Shown one piece after another: positions 19,969-28,760 of a DNA stretch of 64,000 bases. The notes below the pieces were generated by a model. That model was not told where the DNA came from and did no database searches. It saw only the letters and a list, made by a program, of their open reading frames with translations. The position numbers and the translations under genes were made by a program. Location of the stretch: assembly GCA_942492625.1 (NCBI GenBank), contig CALOFM010000003.1, positions 3,659-67,658 of the forward strand. Direction: 5' to 3'. How positions within the stretch are numbered: position 1 is the stretch's first letter; every line of letters begins with the position of its first letter. This DNA comes from an uncultured Gammaproteobacteria bacterium (lineage in GTDB: Bacteria; Pseudomonadota; Gammaproteobacteria; Chromatiales; Chromatiaceae).

Positions 19969-20930
19969 TTGCTGCCACCAGATGCGAGGCTCTACCGTTA
20001 CGCAGATGCAACTGTCGCGAGCACGCTGTATTTCGCCGAGCTCCCGCAGGTGCAGGTGGCCAAACCGTATCTTGGACCATCAGGCTGCAAAATTCGGCTG
20101 CTCGGGCAATAAGAGCCGCCACGCCTGATCGGATCTATCATTGGCGAGACGAAACGGGCGACGTCGGTCCCTCGCTGGCCACGAGGGGAGAAGGGCTTTT
20201 GTTGCGTTTTCCCGATCTGGTCGACTTCTCCGTCAGCGCGAAGGGCGACCAAATAGGCATCTGGCAAGCGCCCGGCACCAGTGGCGAGACTTTGCGTCAT
20301 TTGCTGCTAGATCAGCTCCTACCGCGCCTTCTTGCCCACGGGGGTCGGCTCGTGTTGCATGCCGGTGCGGTGCGAGTTGACGGTCGCGCCATTGCCTTCG
20401 TCGGCGAAACGGGTGCAGGCAAGTCCACGCTGACGGCCAGCTTTCATGCCGCCGGCCACCCTTTGCTCTCGGACGACGGCTTGGTGCTGACCCAAGCAGC
20501 GGGCTGCGTAACAGCGCTCCCAACCTACCGCAGCCTCCGGCTATGGCCCGACGCCCTCGCGCGTCTTTACGCCGAGACACCGCTGCTTGCACCGATGGCC
20601 CACTACTCAGCCAAGCAGCGGGTAATAATCGGGGAGGCACCAGAAACCATTAGCCACCCGATGCCTTTGGCGGCGCTCTATGTGCTTGCTCCGCATGCGG
20701 ACACGGCCGTGTCGACAATCTCACTGACTCGGCTATCCCCGCGCGACGCCTGCATGGCAATCATCGGTAACTCATTCAAGCTCGATGTCAACGACATGCG
20801 CCGCGCGGCTGATTTGACGGCGGCGGCGGGCCGAATCGCGCAACAGGTGCCCGCCTTCACGCTGGAGTACCCGCGCAATTTCGGCTTGCTGCCTACCGTG
20901 CGCACTGCAGTCCTGCAATACGTTGCGTGA
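19969..20930 (+). CDS. HPr-kinase-like peptide kinase (N-terminus frameshifted near 20065)
   Basis: LVLHAGAV, Walker A GETGAGKSTL, LLSDD, LRLWPD; family-like N-terminus RLYRYADATVASTLYFAELP lies in the 19915 frame. Confidence 0.85.
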
Positions 20931-21465
20931 TCGCGTTGAAGCATCCTCTGTGCATCGCTTTCTCCTTTGTGACACGCTGACAGCGGCCTGTCGCAAGCAT
21001 GTGCACAAAGCAGGTCTTTCGGAGGAGGTACTGGACGCAGCGCCTTACGCCCTGCCCGACGGACTGGACCTTTCCGACGGGATCTTCACGGTGCGTGGAT
21101 TCTATCACCACATCCCCAACCGGCGGCGGCGCATAGAATTTCTCAAATGCTGCCGAGCACATGTTGCGTCCGAAGGACCGCTGTTTCTGTCCGACTTCTT
21201 CAGCCGTCCGTCCGTATCCATGGGCCATCGAAAAATACAGTTCATCGCGAATACGATCCGCTGGCTTCGGCGGAGCCATGAAGCCGTCGAGTTAGGGGAC
21301 TGGCTAAGCGATTGTATGCAACATGCATTTTTGCAGTCCGAGATTGAATCAGAGCTTAGACAGGGGGGATTTCGTCCGGAGCTCTATGCAATTTCGCCGG
21401 TTGGCCAAGAGTCCGGCTTGGCGCACGCCGTTGGGATAGCGACGCCGGGAACTGATGAGTCATGA
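20923..21465 (+). pseudogene. C-terminal half of a class I SAM methyltransferase
   Basis: DGIFTVRGFYHHIP..RRIEFLKCCRAHVASEGPLFLS matches later class I motifs; no glycine-rich motif I upstream. Confidence 0.55.
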
Positions 21466-21555
21466 AATTTGAGCAATGCGTCGATTCGCCGGGATGAGAA
21501 CAAGCCTGCCAGCCTGCACACTCGTCGTCTCGGTCTCTTTAGCGAAGCAAGCACT

Positions 21556-22720
21556 ATGCACCAAGTAACCGGCTATCGCCTCATCAGCTATGGCGACATG
21601 ATCACCGACCGGCCGCGAATGGATGCCTACGCGCAGGCGTTGCAGCAGGCGGTGAGCCCCGGGTGTGTCGTGGTGGACATCGGCGCCGGTACGGGGATCT
21701 TCTCCCTGTTGGCTTGCCAGTTGGGGGCAGGCCACGTTCATGCCGTGGAGCCTGACGTGTCCATTGAGGTAGCACGGGCGATGGCCGCCGCCAACGGTTA
21801 CTCGAATCGCATCACTTTCCACGAAGCAGTATCGACGAAGGTGGGCCTGTCCGCTGTCGCCGATGTAATCGTCTCCGACCTTCGGGGCATCCTGCCCCTG
21901 CTTCAGCACCACATCCCTTCTATCATCGACGCCCGTGAGCGTCTCCTGGCCCCTGATGGTCTGCTTATCCCGAAGGCGGATACCCTGTGGGCAGCGGTCG
22001 TGGAGGTCCCGGATCTCTACCGCCCTTACCGGGAACCATGGATGAGCAACGAGTGGGGCCTGGATATGCGGGCGGGGCGACGGCCGGTTGTCAACAGCTG
22101 GAGCAAGGCGAACGCCAAGCCAGGGCAACTCCTGGTTGCGCCCCAGCACTGGGCCACGGTGGACTATGAAAGCATTGAAGGTCCCGATATCGCGGGTGAG
22201 CTGTCATGGTGTGCCGAACGACCCGGTACCGCTCACGGCGTGCTCGTTTGGTTCGATGCCGACCTGGGAAACGGCATCGGGTTCTCCAACGCGCCGGGGC
22301 AGGAGGAACTCATTTACGGCCAGGCATTTTTCCCCTTGTACGAGCCGGTCGCGTTAGTACCCGGCGATGAAGTCCTTGTCGAGCTCAGTGCCAATCTTGT
22401 AGGCGGCGACTATGTCTGGCGGTGGCGTACGCGGGTTACCGGCGGAACGGAGAGCCGGAAGCCGAAGGCGGCCTTCGACCAATCTACGTTTTTCGGAGAC
22501 GTGCTTTCGCCGAGCCAGTTCCGGCGCAGGGAGGGGAGACTATATACCAGTTCTCAACGACGAGGGTCGGGCGGACCGCTACCTGCTCTCCCTTATGGAC
22601 GGCCAGAAGTCCTTGTCCGAGATCGCTCGCCGCGCAGCAGCCCGTTTCCCCGGTTGCTTTTCCCGCTGGGAAGAGGCGCTCGGCAGAGCTGGCGAGCTCG
22701 CCGTCAAATACGGCCTTTGA
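21556..22720 (+). CDS. PRMT-like (protein arginine N-methyltransferase fold) enzyme with C-terminal winged-helix/RRE-like tail; +1 frameshift in G-run 22533-22536
   Basis: YGDMITDRPRMDAYAQAL, VVDIGAGTGIFSLLACQLGAGHVHAVE, ADVIVSD, ARERLLAPDGLLIP, HGVLVWFD, YGQAFFPL; tail LLSLMDGQKSLSEIARRAAARFP. Confidence 0.82.
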
Positions 22721-22750
22721 CAGAGTAGATCTCCGCGAACGTAGATCGGC

Positions 22751-23170
22751 TCAGGCACGGCCGGATGCGCCCGCGCCCGACACGCGCCTTAGAATATGGG
22801 CCAAAAATTGCGCGAAGGCGCGGGCCCTGTGACCTAGGGGCACGTGCACGGCCTCGCGCCGAATCCCGCCGCCGACCAGGCGGCCGAGCACTTGGCCTGG
22901 CGCGACGGGTGCGTCAGGCAGCACAGCCGAATCGGCTTGGGTCAGCAGCCAAAACCGGCCGCGCCGAGGGAACCAGCCCAAAAGGCGATGGCTCACCAGC
23001 GCGCCGCTTCGGCCGCGAAATACCAGGATGTCGCCCGGCAGGTAGCAGCGGCGTGGGGCGACGAGCACCCGATCTCTGTCCGAAAGGAGGGGCCGCATGC
23101 AATCGCCTTTTACCAGGACCTCGAGCGGGCGCTCCGACGCGAAGTGGCGTAAGGTGGATTCGTAGCTCAA
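22751..23170 (-). CDS. S24/S26-fold peptidase-like protein
   Basis: VKGDCMRPLL..DRVLV...PGDILVF...LVSHRL...TQAD matches the S26 box pattern, with Cys at the Ser position. Confidence 0.72.
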   Translation of the reverse strand: MSYESTLRHFASERPLEVLVKGDCMRPLLSDRDRVLVAPRRCYLPGDILVFRGRSGALVSHRLLGWFPRRGRFWLLTQADSAVLPDAPVAPGQVLGRLVGGGIRREAVHVPLGHRARAFAQFLAHILRRVSGAGASGRA

Positions 23171-23272
23171 AGCGATGGGATCTCCAGGCGTTCCAGGCGG
23201 GGCATAGATGCGACGGTACCCGCGGTGAGCCCGCCGGGCAAGACTTGCGCCGGGGATCCTCGCTCCTTCTAT

Positions 23273-23611
23273 TCAGTATCCGCCTTTGCGCGCCACGAAG
23301 GGTAGCCCGGCAATCTTGTTGCCCTGCTTGCTCGGGGCCAGGGGGAAGAGCTTGTAGAGATCCTTGCTGCTGATCTTTTTGCCCCAGCGTTTGCCCATGT
23401 CCTTGTTGATCTGACGCTCCATGGGCTGATTGTTGTTGTTGTTCATGTATTCGTCACGCAGATACTCGAGGACGTCCCAGTGCTCCTGGGTCAGCTCGAT
23501 ATTTTCTGCGGCGGCTAGTGCCTCGGCGACGTCTTTGTCCCACTCCTGGTAGTTGACCAAGTTGCCGTTGTTGTCGGTCTCGATGGTCTTGCCGTTTACT
23601 TCAATGGCCAT
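23273..23611 (-). CDS. DsrC/TusE-family protein lacking cysteines
   Basis: IETDNNGNLVNYQEWDKDVA..LTQEHWDVLEYLRDEY..LYKLFP..PSKQGNKIAGLP; RBS GAGGAG; no Cys in the protein. Confidence 0.9.
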   Translation of the reverse strand: MAIEVNGKTIETDNNGNLVNYQEWDKDVAEALAAAENIELTQEHWDVLEYLRDEYMNNNNNQPMERQINKDMGKRWGKKISSKDLYKLFPLAPSKQGNKIAGLPFVARKGGY

Positions 23612-23903
23612 GTCGTGCTCCTCTTCGTCTCGGTGTGCCTTTTCGATTGGCGGAAGAACAGCGCGCGAAGCGCGCGGATGAAAATCAAAGCTGGCTAATT
23701 TTATGGAATTGCGAAGCTTTCGTCATCCGGGAAACGAGGGATTTCGTGGGCAACGGGCTATAGATGCCGTTCGACCGTGGGTGGAGATCTGCGCAAAACG
23801 TCTAGCTCCACGGGCAAATCCGGTGACGGTGAGTGTCCAGGGACGCCCGCGGACGGCGCAGGCGGGTCTGAAGTGGCCTCGAAGTCCAGATTACATCAGG
23901 AGT

Positions 23904-23961
23904 GTGGGTCGGCCTCAGCCCGACATTGCCGCCTCCGCAGTCGGACTGAAGTCCGACCCAC
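23904..23961. repeat. Inverted REP doublet (REPIN-like)
   Basis: GTGGGTCGGCCTCAGCCCGAC (23904-23924) and the reverse complement of 23940-23961 (GTGGGTCGGACTTCAGTCCGAC); each is a GTGG tetranucleotide plus an imperfect palindrome. Confidence 0.75.
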
Positions 23962-23982
23962 GGGATTTAACCATTGCCCACT

Positions 23983-24672
23983 TCAGGTCGTTTTCTTGAC
24001 CGGGTCTATGCCCTTGTGGGGGATGAAGATGCCGCAGCCCATCTCGCGGTGCGGGCCGAGCCCGGACTGCTGAAGCCTCAAGGACTCCTCGGCAGACAGG
24101 TCCGCGAGCATGAGGCTGCGGGTATGAACGGTTCCGTCGGGTGTGGTCAGGGGCGTGGTCTTGCCGCACAGGGCCTTGCGCACGCTGATGCCCTGCTTTT
24201 TTAGCTCGCGTACCGCCCAGGTCAAAAAGCCGTCCTCGTCGTTATCGGGCAGGGTGACCACGTAACGCGCGAACAGGGTGGACTCTTTGCTCAGCGGTCG
24301 GATCTTTCCCTCGCGGATGGTGAGGCCGCAACCGGACACGTCCAGGGTCTGGCCCCTGAGCTCATCGATCAGCTCGTCCATTCGCTCCTTGGGTACGCGA
24401 ACGGTGAGCTTGGTGCGCTTGGAGACGATCAGGTGCTGATCCGAACCATGCTCCGGCCTTTCCCAGCCGTTCTGGGAGCCGGCAACGTGGACCGTGTGGA
24501 CGGCAACTCGCGAGTCCTCATCGGCTATCCAGGGTACAGTCCGACGTAAGGCATCAGATAAGGCATAGGCGTGATCCACCGGAAGGCGCTTGCATTCAAT
24601 GCAGAACAAGACATCGACGATGTCGTCGGGTACCTGGAATGTCTTTTCGTTGTCGTCTTCTTGCCAGAACAT
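23983..24672 (-). CDS. cas6: Stand-alone Cas6 (Cmx6 / type I-MYXAN-like RAMP endoribonuclease)
   Basis: N-terminal VDVLF....LPVDHAYAL.AL and C-terminal glycine-rich loop LQQSGLGPHREMGCGIFIP. Confidence 0.85.
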   Translation of the reverse strand: MFWQEDDNEKTFQVPDDIVDVLFCIECKRLPVDHAYALSDALRRTVPWIADEDSRVAVHTVHVAGSQNGWERPEHGSDQHLIVSKRTKLTVRVPKERMDELIDELRGQTLDVSGCGLTIREGKIRPLSKESTLFARYVVTLPDNDEDGFLTWAVRELKKQGISVRKALCGKTTPLTTPDGTVHTRSLMLADLSAEESLRLQQSGLGPHREMGCGIFIPHKGIDPVKKTT

Positions 24673-24762
24673 AGTGATTGAGTATCGAGTGACCAAGTCC
24701 TAGGGTCGAGGTGCCACAGCTCGAGCGATCTCAATCGGCCTCGGCCCTCGCTCCTCTCCCCC

Positions 24763-25482
24763 TTAATTCACCGGCAACTTCGCCTGAAGCGCCTCACGGT
24801 CGAACCACCAATCGTCCTGGACCAGTACGTCCACCACGTTGCGCAGCCGCACGAGAAACTTTTCGGGCTCCTTGAGCTCCAGTCGCTCCATCCACAGATC
24901 GAACGCCTCTTGACTGTCTACGTCACCGTGGCGTCTGGCCACAGCCCCCAGGACCTGAGAGGCAAAAAACATCAGATTTTCACGTTGCGTGCCCGAGGCG
25001 CGGATGTCGGCGAGGAACAAGGCGGTTGTCGCGGCCACTGCGGCACCGTCCGCGTCGTCGGGCGTCTCGTCCACTACGTGGGTCAGCAACTGCACCGCAA
25101 GCTCGGGGTCCATCGGGTAGGTAACTGCGAGCCATATACCGTGACCTAGCGCGCTCAGGGAGTCTGGCTGCTCCGCTTGAAACAGCACGTCGCAAGCGTC
25201 GGCGGCGGACTCGAAGTCTTCCGCTTGTACGAAGGTACCGAGCGCCTCGCGGCCCAGCGGCCAGGCGTCAGAGCCTCGCTCCAGGCTGACCAGAGCGCGA
25301 GCCATCTGCAGCTTGATGTCTGCGAACGCTTTCGGGGCGCCATCGATTCGCCGCAGGTCGCTATAACGATCCTCCAATGCTTGTAGGTGGGATTCCAAGG
25401 CCGCTTGCTCGGCGCTGCGGTTGATGACCGAATCTGCCGCGGTATCCGCGAGCTGCGCATTGGTGATGTCGTATTGCTTCAT
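24763..25482 (-). CDS. Helical (TPR-like) hypothetical protein
   Basis: Strong codon bias, RBS AGGA, all-helical pattern, C-terminal RLRNVVDVLVQDDWWFDRE. Confidence 0.8.
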   Translation of the reverse strand: MKQYDITNAQLADTAADSVINRSAEQAALESHLQALEDRYSDLRRIDGAPKAFADIKLQMARALVSLERGSDAWPLGREALGTFVQAEDFESAADACDVLFQAEQPDSLSALGHGIWLAVTYPMDPELAVQLLTHVVDETPDDADGAAVAATTALFLADIRASGTQRENLMFFASQVLGAVARRHGDVDSQEAFDLWMERLELKEPEKFLVRLRNVVDVLVQDDWWFDREALQAKLPVN

Positions 25483-25511
25483 GATTCCTGTCTTGGCATC
25501 CGGCGGTGTGC

Positions 25512-25703
25512 TCAGCGGATCAGGCCGCTGAAGGCTGCCTCAAGCCTGTCTTCCCAATCCTCGGGGGTGTCGGGGAAGGGCGGCTTCACGTCCATTCGGA
25601 AGAAACGCTCGCCGCTGCGGGCAACGTCCTGAACAAGCGGGAGCAACTCGTCGAAGGATTCGACTTCCTTGTGATATACCAGTATGTCGCTCAGTTTCAG
25701 CAT
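25512..25703 (-). CDS. Small hypothetical protein (63 aa) divergent from dsrA
   Basis: RBS AGGA; MLKLSDILVYHKEVESFDELL...FFRMDVKPPFPDTPEDWEDRLEAAF. Confidence 0.75.
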   Translation of the reverse strand: MLKLSDILVYHKEVESFDELLPLVQDVARSGERFFRMDVKPPFPDTPEDWEDRLEAAFSGLIR

Positions 25704-25887
25704 GTGGAGTCCTGTTCGCTCGGATATCCCGCACCCGGGATCGGCATATTGCGAAATATGTAGACGTCCCGGGCGGAATACAACCGGAGCTTCGCGCGGC
25801 GGGATGTCCCCCTCCAAGGACCGCGCAACCGCGCCTCCATGGTCGGGCGCCGGCCGTCTCATGAGGGATCACTTATATTAGAATTCG

Positions 25888-25916
25888 TTGACTAACCGGT
25901 CGTCGCAGGCTAACAT
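25888..25916 (+). promoter_or_regulatory. Putative sigma70 promoter of the dsr operon
   Basis: TTGACT-N17-TAACAT preceded by an AT-rich stretch, about 330 nt upstream of dsrA. Confidence 0.55.
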
Positions 25917-26248
25917 CGCGGCCCACTTTGCCAGGAGTCCTGATTGCGATCAGGGTTTTTCTCTTGGCAACGAAACAACGAAAGAGGCTATCCCGGTTGG
26001 GATAGGAGTGAGCGGGATCTACCTCCCGAAGGTGGAATAGTACCCCTGAGATTCTCTGAGTATATTAGCGGGAGGCGATGTTTCTCTGCTCGAAGGGCTG
26101 GAAGTACCGGCCAGAGCCGGAACACCGTCTACAAAAAGATTTTAATGAGGCTTGAGGCCGCGGGTTTCAAGACCTGCGGAACCGAATCACGCAACGCGAT
26201 CCGAACCCTTTCCGCCTTTAAGATAGAAAGACCAGGAGAGACTACGCA

Positions 26249-27502
26249 ATGGCCATCGACAAGCACGATACCCCCATGCTCGACCAGCTGGAGAGCGGCC
26301 CCTGGCCGAGCTTTATTACTGGTATCAAGCGCCTTCGCGACGAGCACCCGGAGGAGCGCATCAACCAGGTGACCAACAGCCTGCTGGGACAGTTGGAGCA
26401 CTCTTACGAGACCCGCAAGGGTTACTGGAAGGGCGGTACCGTTTCCGTATACGGTTACGGCGGCGGCATCATTCCCCGCTTTTCCGAGGTCGCCAAGGCA
26501 TTCCCCGAGTCCAAGGAGTTCCACACCCTGCGCGTGCAACCGCCGGCGGGCAACCACTACTCCACGAGCATGCTACGCCAGCTGGCCGACAGCTGGGAGA
26601 AGTACGGCTCCGGCCTGGTGACCTTCCACGGTCAGACCGGTAACATCATGTTCATCGGCACGGACACCGATAACGTCCAGCATTTCTTTGACGAGATCAA
26701 CGACTATGGTTGGGACCTCGGCGGAGCCGGCCCCTGCGTGCGCACCGCTATGTCCTGCGTCGGCGCGGCCCGCTGCGAAATGTCTTGCACCAACGAGCTC
26801 AAGGCCCATCGCCTGCTGGTCAACAACTTCACCGACGATGTCCACCGTCCGGCGCTGCCCTACAAGTTCAAGTTCAAGGTCTCGGGCTGCGGCAACGACT
26901 GTCAGAACGCCATTGAGCGCTCGGACTTCGCCGTGTTGGGTACCTGGCGCGACGACATGAAAGTGGACCAGGTCGAGGTCAAGAACTACGTCCAGACCAA
27001 GGGCCGCCAGTACATCGTCGACAACGTCATCACTCGCTGCCCGACCCAAGCCCTGTCTCTCAACGACGACGACACCCTGGCCGTCAACAACCGCGACTGC
27101 GTGCGCTGCATGCACTGCCTGAACGTCATGCCCAAGGCCCTGCACCCTGGAGACGACAAGGGTGTCACCATCTGCATCGGTGGCAAGCGTACCCTCAAGA
27201 TCGGCGATCTCATGGGTACCGTCGTGGTCCCCTTCAAGAAGCTGGAGACCGAGGAGGACTGGGAGTCTCTGGTCGAGCTGGCTGAAGAAATCATCGATTT
27301 CTGGGCCGAGAACGGTCTGGAGCACGAGCGTTGCGGCGAGATGATCGAGCGCATCGGTCTGGCCAACTTCCTCGACGGCATCGGTATCGATGTCGATCCC
27401 AATATGCTCAACCACCCGCGCCAAAGCTCCTACATTCGCTTGGACGGATGGGACGAGGCGGCCGAGGAGTGGTTTGAGAAGCAGGCCGAAGCCGGCAGCT
27501 GA
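26249..27502 (+). CDS. dsrA: Reverse dissimilatory sulfite reductase alpha subunit
   Basis: TPMLDQLESGPWPSF, WKGGTVSVYGYGGG, CVGAARC, YKFKFKVSGCGNDC, CVRCMHC. Confidence 0.98.
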   Translation: MAIDKHDTPMLDQLESGPWPSFITGIKRLRDEHPEERINQVTNSLLGQLEHSYETRKGYWKGGTVSVYGYGGGIIPRFSEVAKAFPESKEFHTLRVQPPAGNHYSTSMLRQLADSWEKYGSGLVTFHGQTGNIMFIGTDTDNVQHFFDEINDYGWDLGGAGPCVRTAMSCVGAARCEMSCTNELKAHRLLVNNFTDDVHRPALPYKFKFKVSGCGNDCQNAIERSDFAVLGTWRDDMKVDQVEVKNYVQTKGRQYIVDNVITRCPTQALSLNDDDTLAVNNRDCVRCMHCLNVMPKALHPGDDKGVTICIGGKRTLKIGDLMGTVVVPFKKLETEEDWESLVELAEEIIDFWAENGLEHERCGEMIERIGLANFLDGIGIDVDPNMLNHPRQSSYIRLDGWDEAAEEWFEKQAEAGS

Positions 27503-27507
27503 TTCCG

Positions 27508-27542
27508 CGCGAAAGCCGCGGGGGGCAATCCCCGCGTTTCGC
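27508..27542 (+). promoter_or_regulatory. Stable intergenic hairpin between dsrA and dsrB
   Basis: GCGAAA-GC-CGCGGG-GGGCAAT-CCCGCG-TTTCGC; no U-tract. Confidence 0.5.
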
Positions 27543-27593
27543 TTCGCGTAACGATTTCGACCGAATCATTATTTAGAGACTGGAGGACAGGCG

Positions 27594-28664
27594 ATGGCAG
27601 ACATGCGTGAGCCGATCGAAACTGGGTGCCCGGATCCGTGGCAGTACCTGCATCCCGTGATGCGTAAGAACTTCGGCATGTGGAAGTACCACGAGCACCC
27701 GCGCCCGGGCGTTCTACGCCACGTAGCCTACAGCGGTGACGAGATCTGGACCGTGAAGGTCGGTACCCAGCGCATCCTCGACGTATTCACCCTGCGCAAG
27801 TTGTGCGACATCGGCGATCAGTACGCCGACGGCTTTGTCCACTTCACGCTGCGCTCGAATATCGAGTATCTGGTTTCCGATCAGGCCAAGGTCGAGCCCC
27901 TGATCCAGGCCGTTGAGGACGCCGGCTTCATCGTGGGCGGCACTCAGAACTCGGTGTCCATGATCTCGCACACCCAGGGCTGGCTGCACTGCGATATCCC
28001 CGCCACCGACGCCTCCGGCGTCGTCAAGTCGATGATGGACGAGCTCATCGACGAGTTCAAAGAAGCCAACATGCCTAACCGGGTGCATATCACCACTTCC
28101 TGCTGCCAGATCAACTGCGGCGGGCAGGGCGATATCGCCATCAACGTGCAGCACACCAAGCCGCCGAAGATCAACCACGACCTGGTGGCCAATGTCTGCG
28201 AGCGTCCCACCGTCGTCGCGCGCTGTCCGGTGGCGGCCATCCGCCCGGCCATGGTCAACGGCAAGCCCTCCCTGGAGGTCGATGAGCGCAAGTGTATCTG
28301 CTGTGGTGCTTGCTTCCCGCCCTGTCCGCCCATGCAGATCAACGATGCAGAGCACTCCAAAGTGGCGATTTGGGTAGGCGGAAACCACTCCAACGCCCGC
28401 GGCAAGCCGACCTTTCAGAAGCTGGTTGCTGCCGGTATCCCCAACAACCCGCCGCGCTGGCCCGAGGCGACCGCCATCGTCAAGCGCATCCTCAAGTCCT
28501 ACAAGGAAGGCGCCCGGGATTGGGAGCGCGTCAACGAGTGGATCGAGCGAATCGGCTGGCCGCGCTTCTTCGAGGAAGTGGAGCTGCCGTTCACCAAGTA
28601 TCACATCGATACCTGGCGCGGTGCCCGTGCCAGCTTCAACTCGTCCAACTACATCCGCTTTTGA
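27594..28664 (+). CDS. dsrB: Reverse dissimilatory sulfite reductase beta subunit
   Basis: HTQGWLHCDIP, SCCQINCGG, CICCGAC, PNNPPRWPE. Confidence 0.98.
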   Translation: MADMREPIETGCPDPWQYLHPVMRKNFGMWKYHEHPRPGVLRHVAYSGDEIWTVKVGTQRILDVFTLRKLCDIGDQYADGFVHFTLRSNIEYLVSDQAKVEPLIQAVEDAGFIVGGTQNSVSMISHTQGWLHCDIPATDASGVVKSMMDELIDEFKEANMPNRVHITTSCCQINCGGQGDIAINVQHTKPPKINHDLVANVCERPTVVARCPVAAIRPAMVNGKPSLEVDERKCICCGACFPPCPPMQINDAEHSKVAIWVGGNHSNARGKPTFQKLVAAGIPNNPPRWPEATAIVKRILKSYKEGARDWERVNEWIERIGWPRFFEEVELPFTKYHIDTWRGARASFNSSNYIRF

Positions 28665-28760
28665 GCGGGTCGTCGGTAAGACGCGCCACAGGCGTTCCGG
28701 CGAATCCTCTCCCTGTCGGGGAGAGGGCCGGAGAGTGGAACAACCTAACTCGAGGTCGTT

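Noticed and set aside
23612-26248. CRISPR array near cas6
   Set aside because: No direct repeats with unique spacers; the only repeats are an inverted REP pair.
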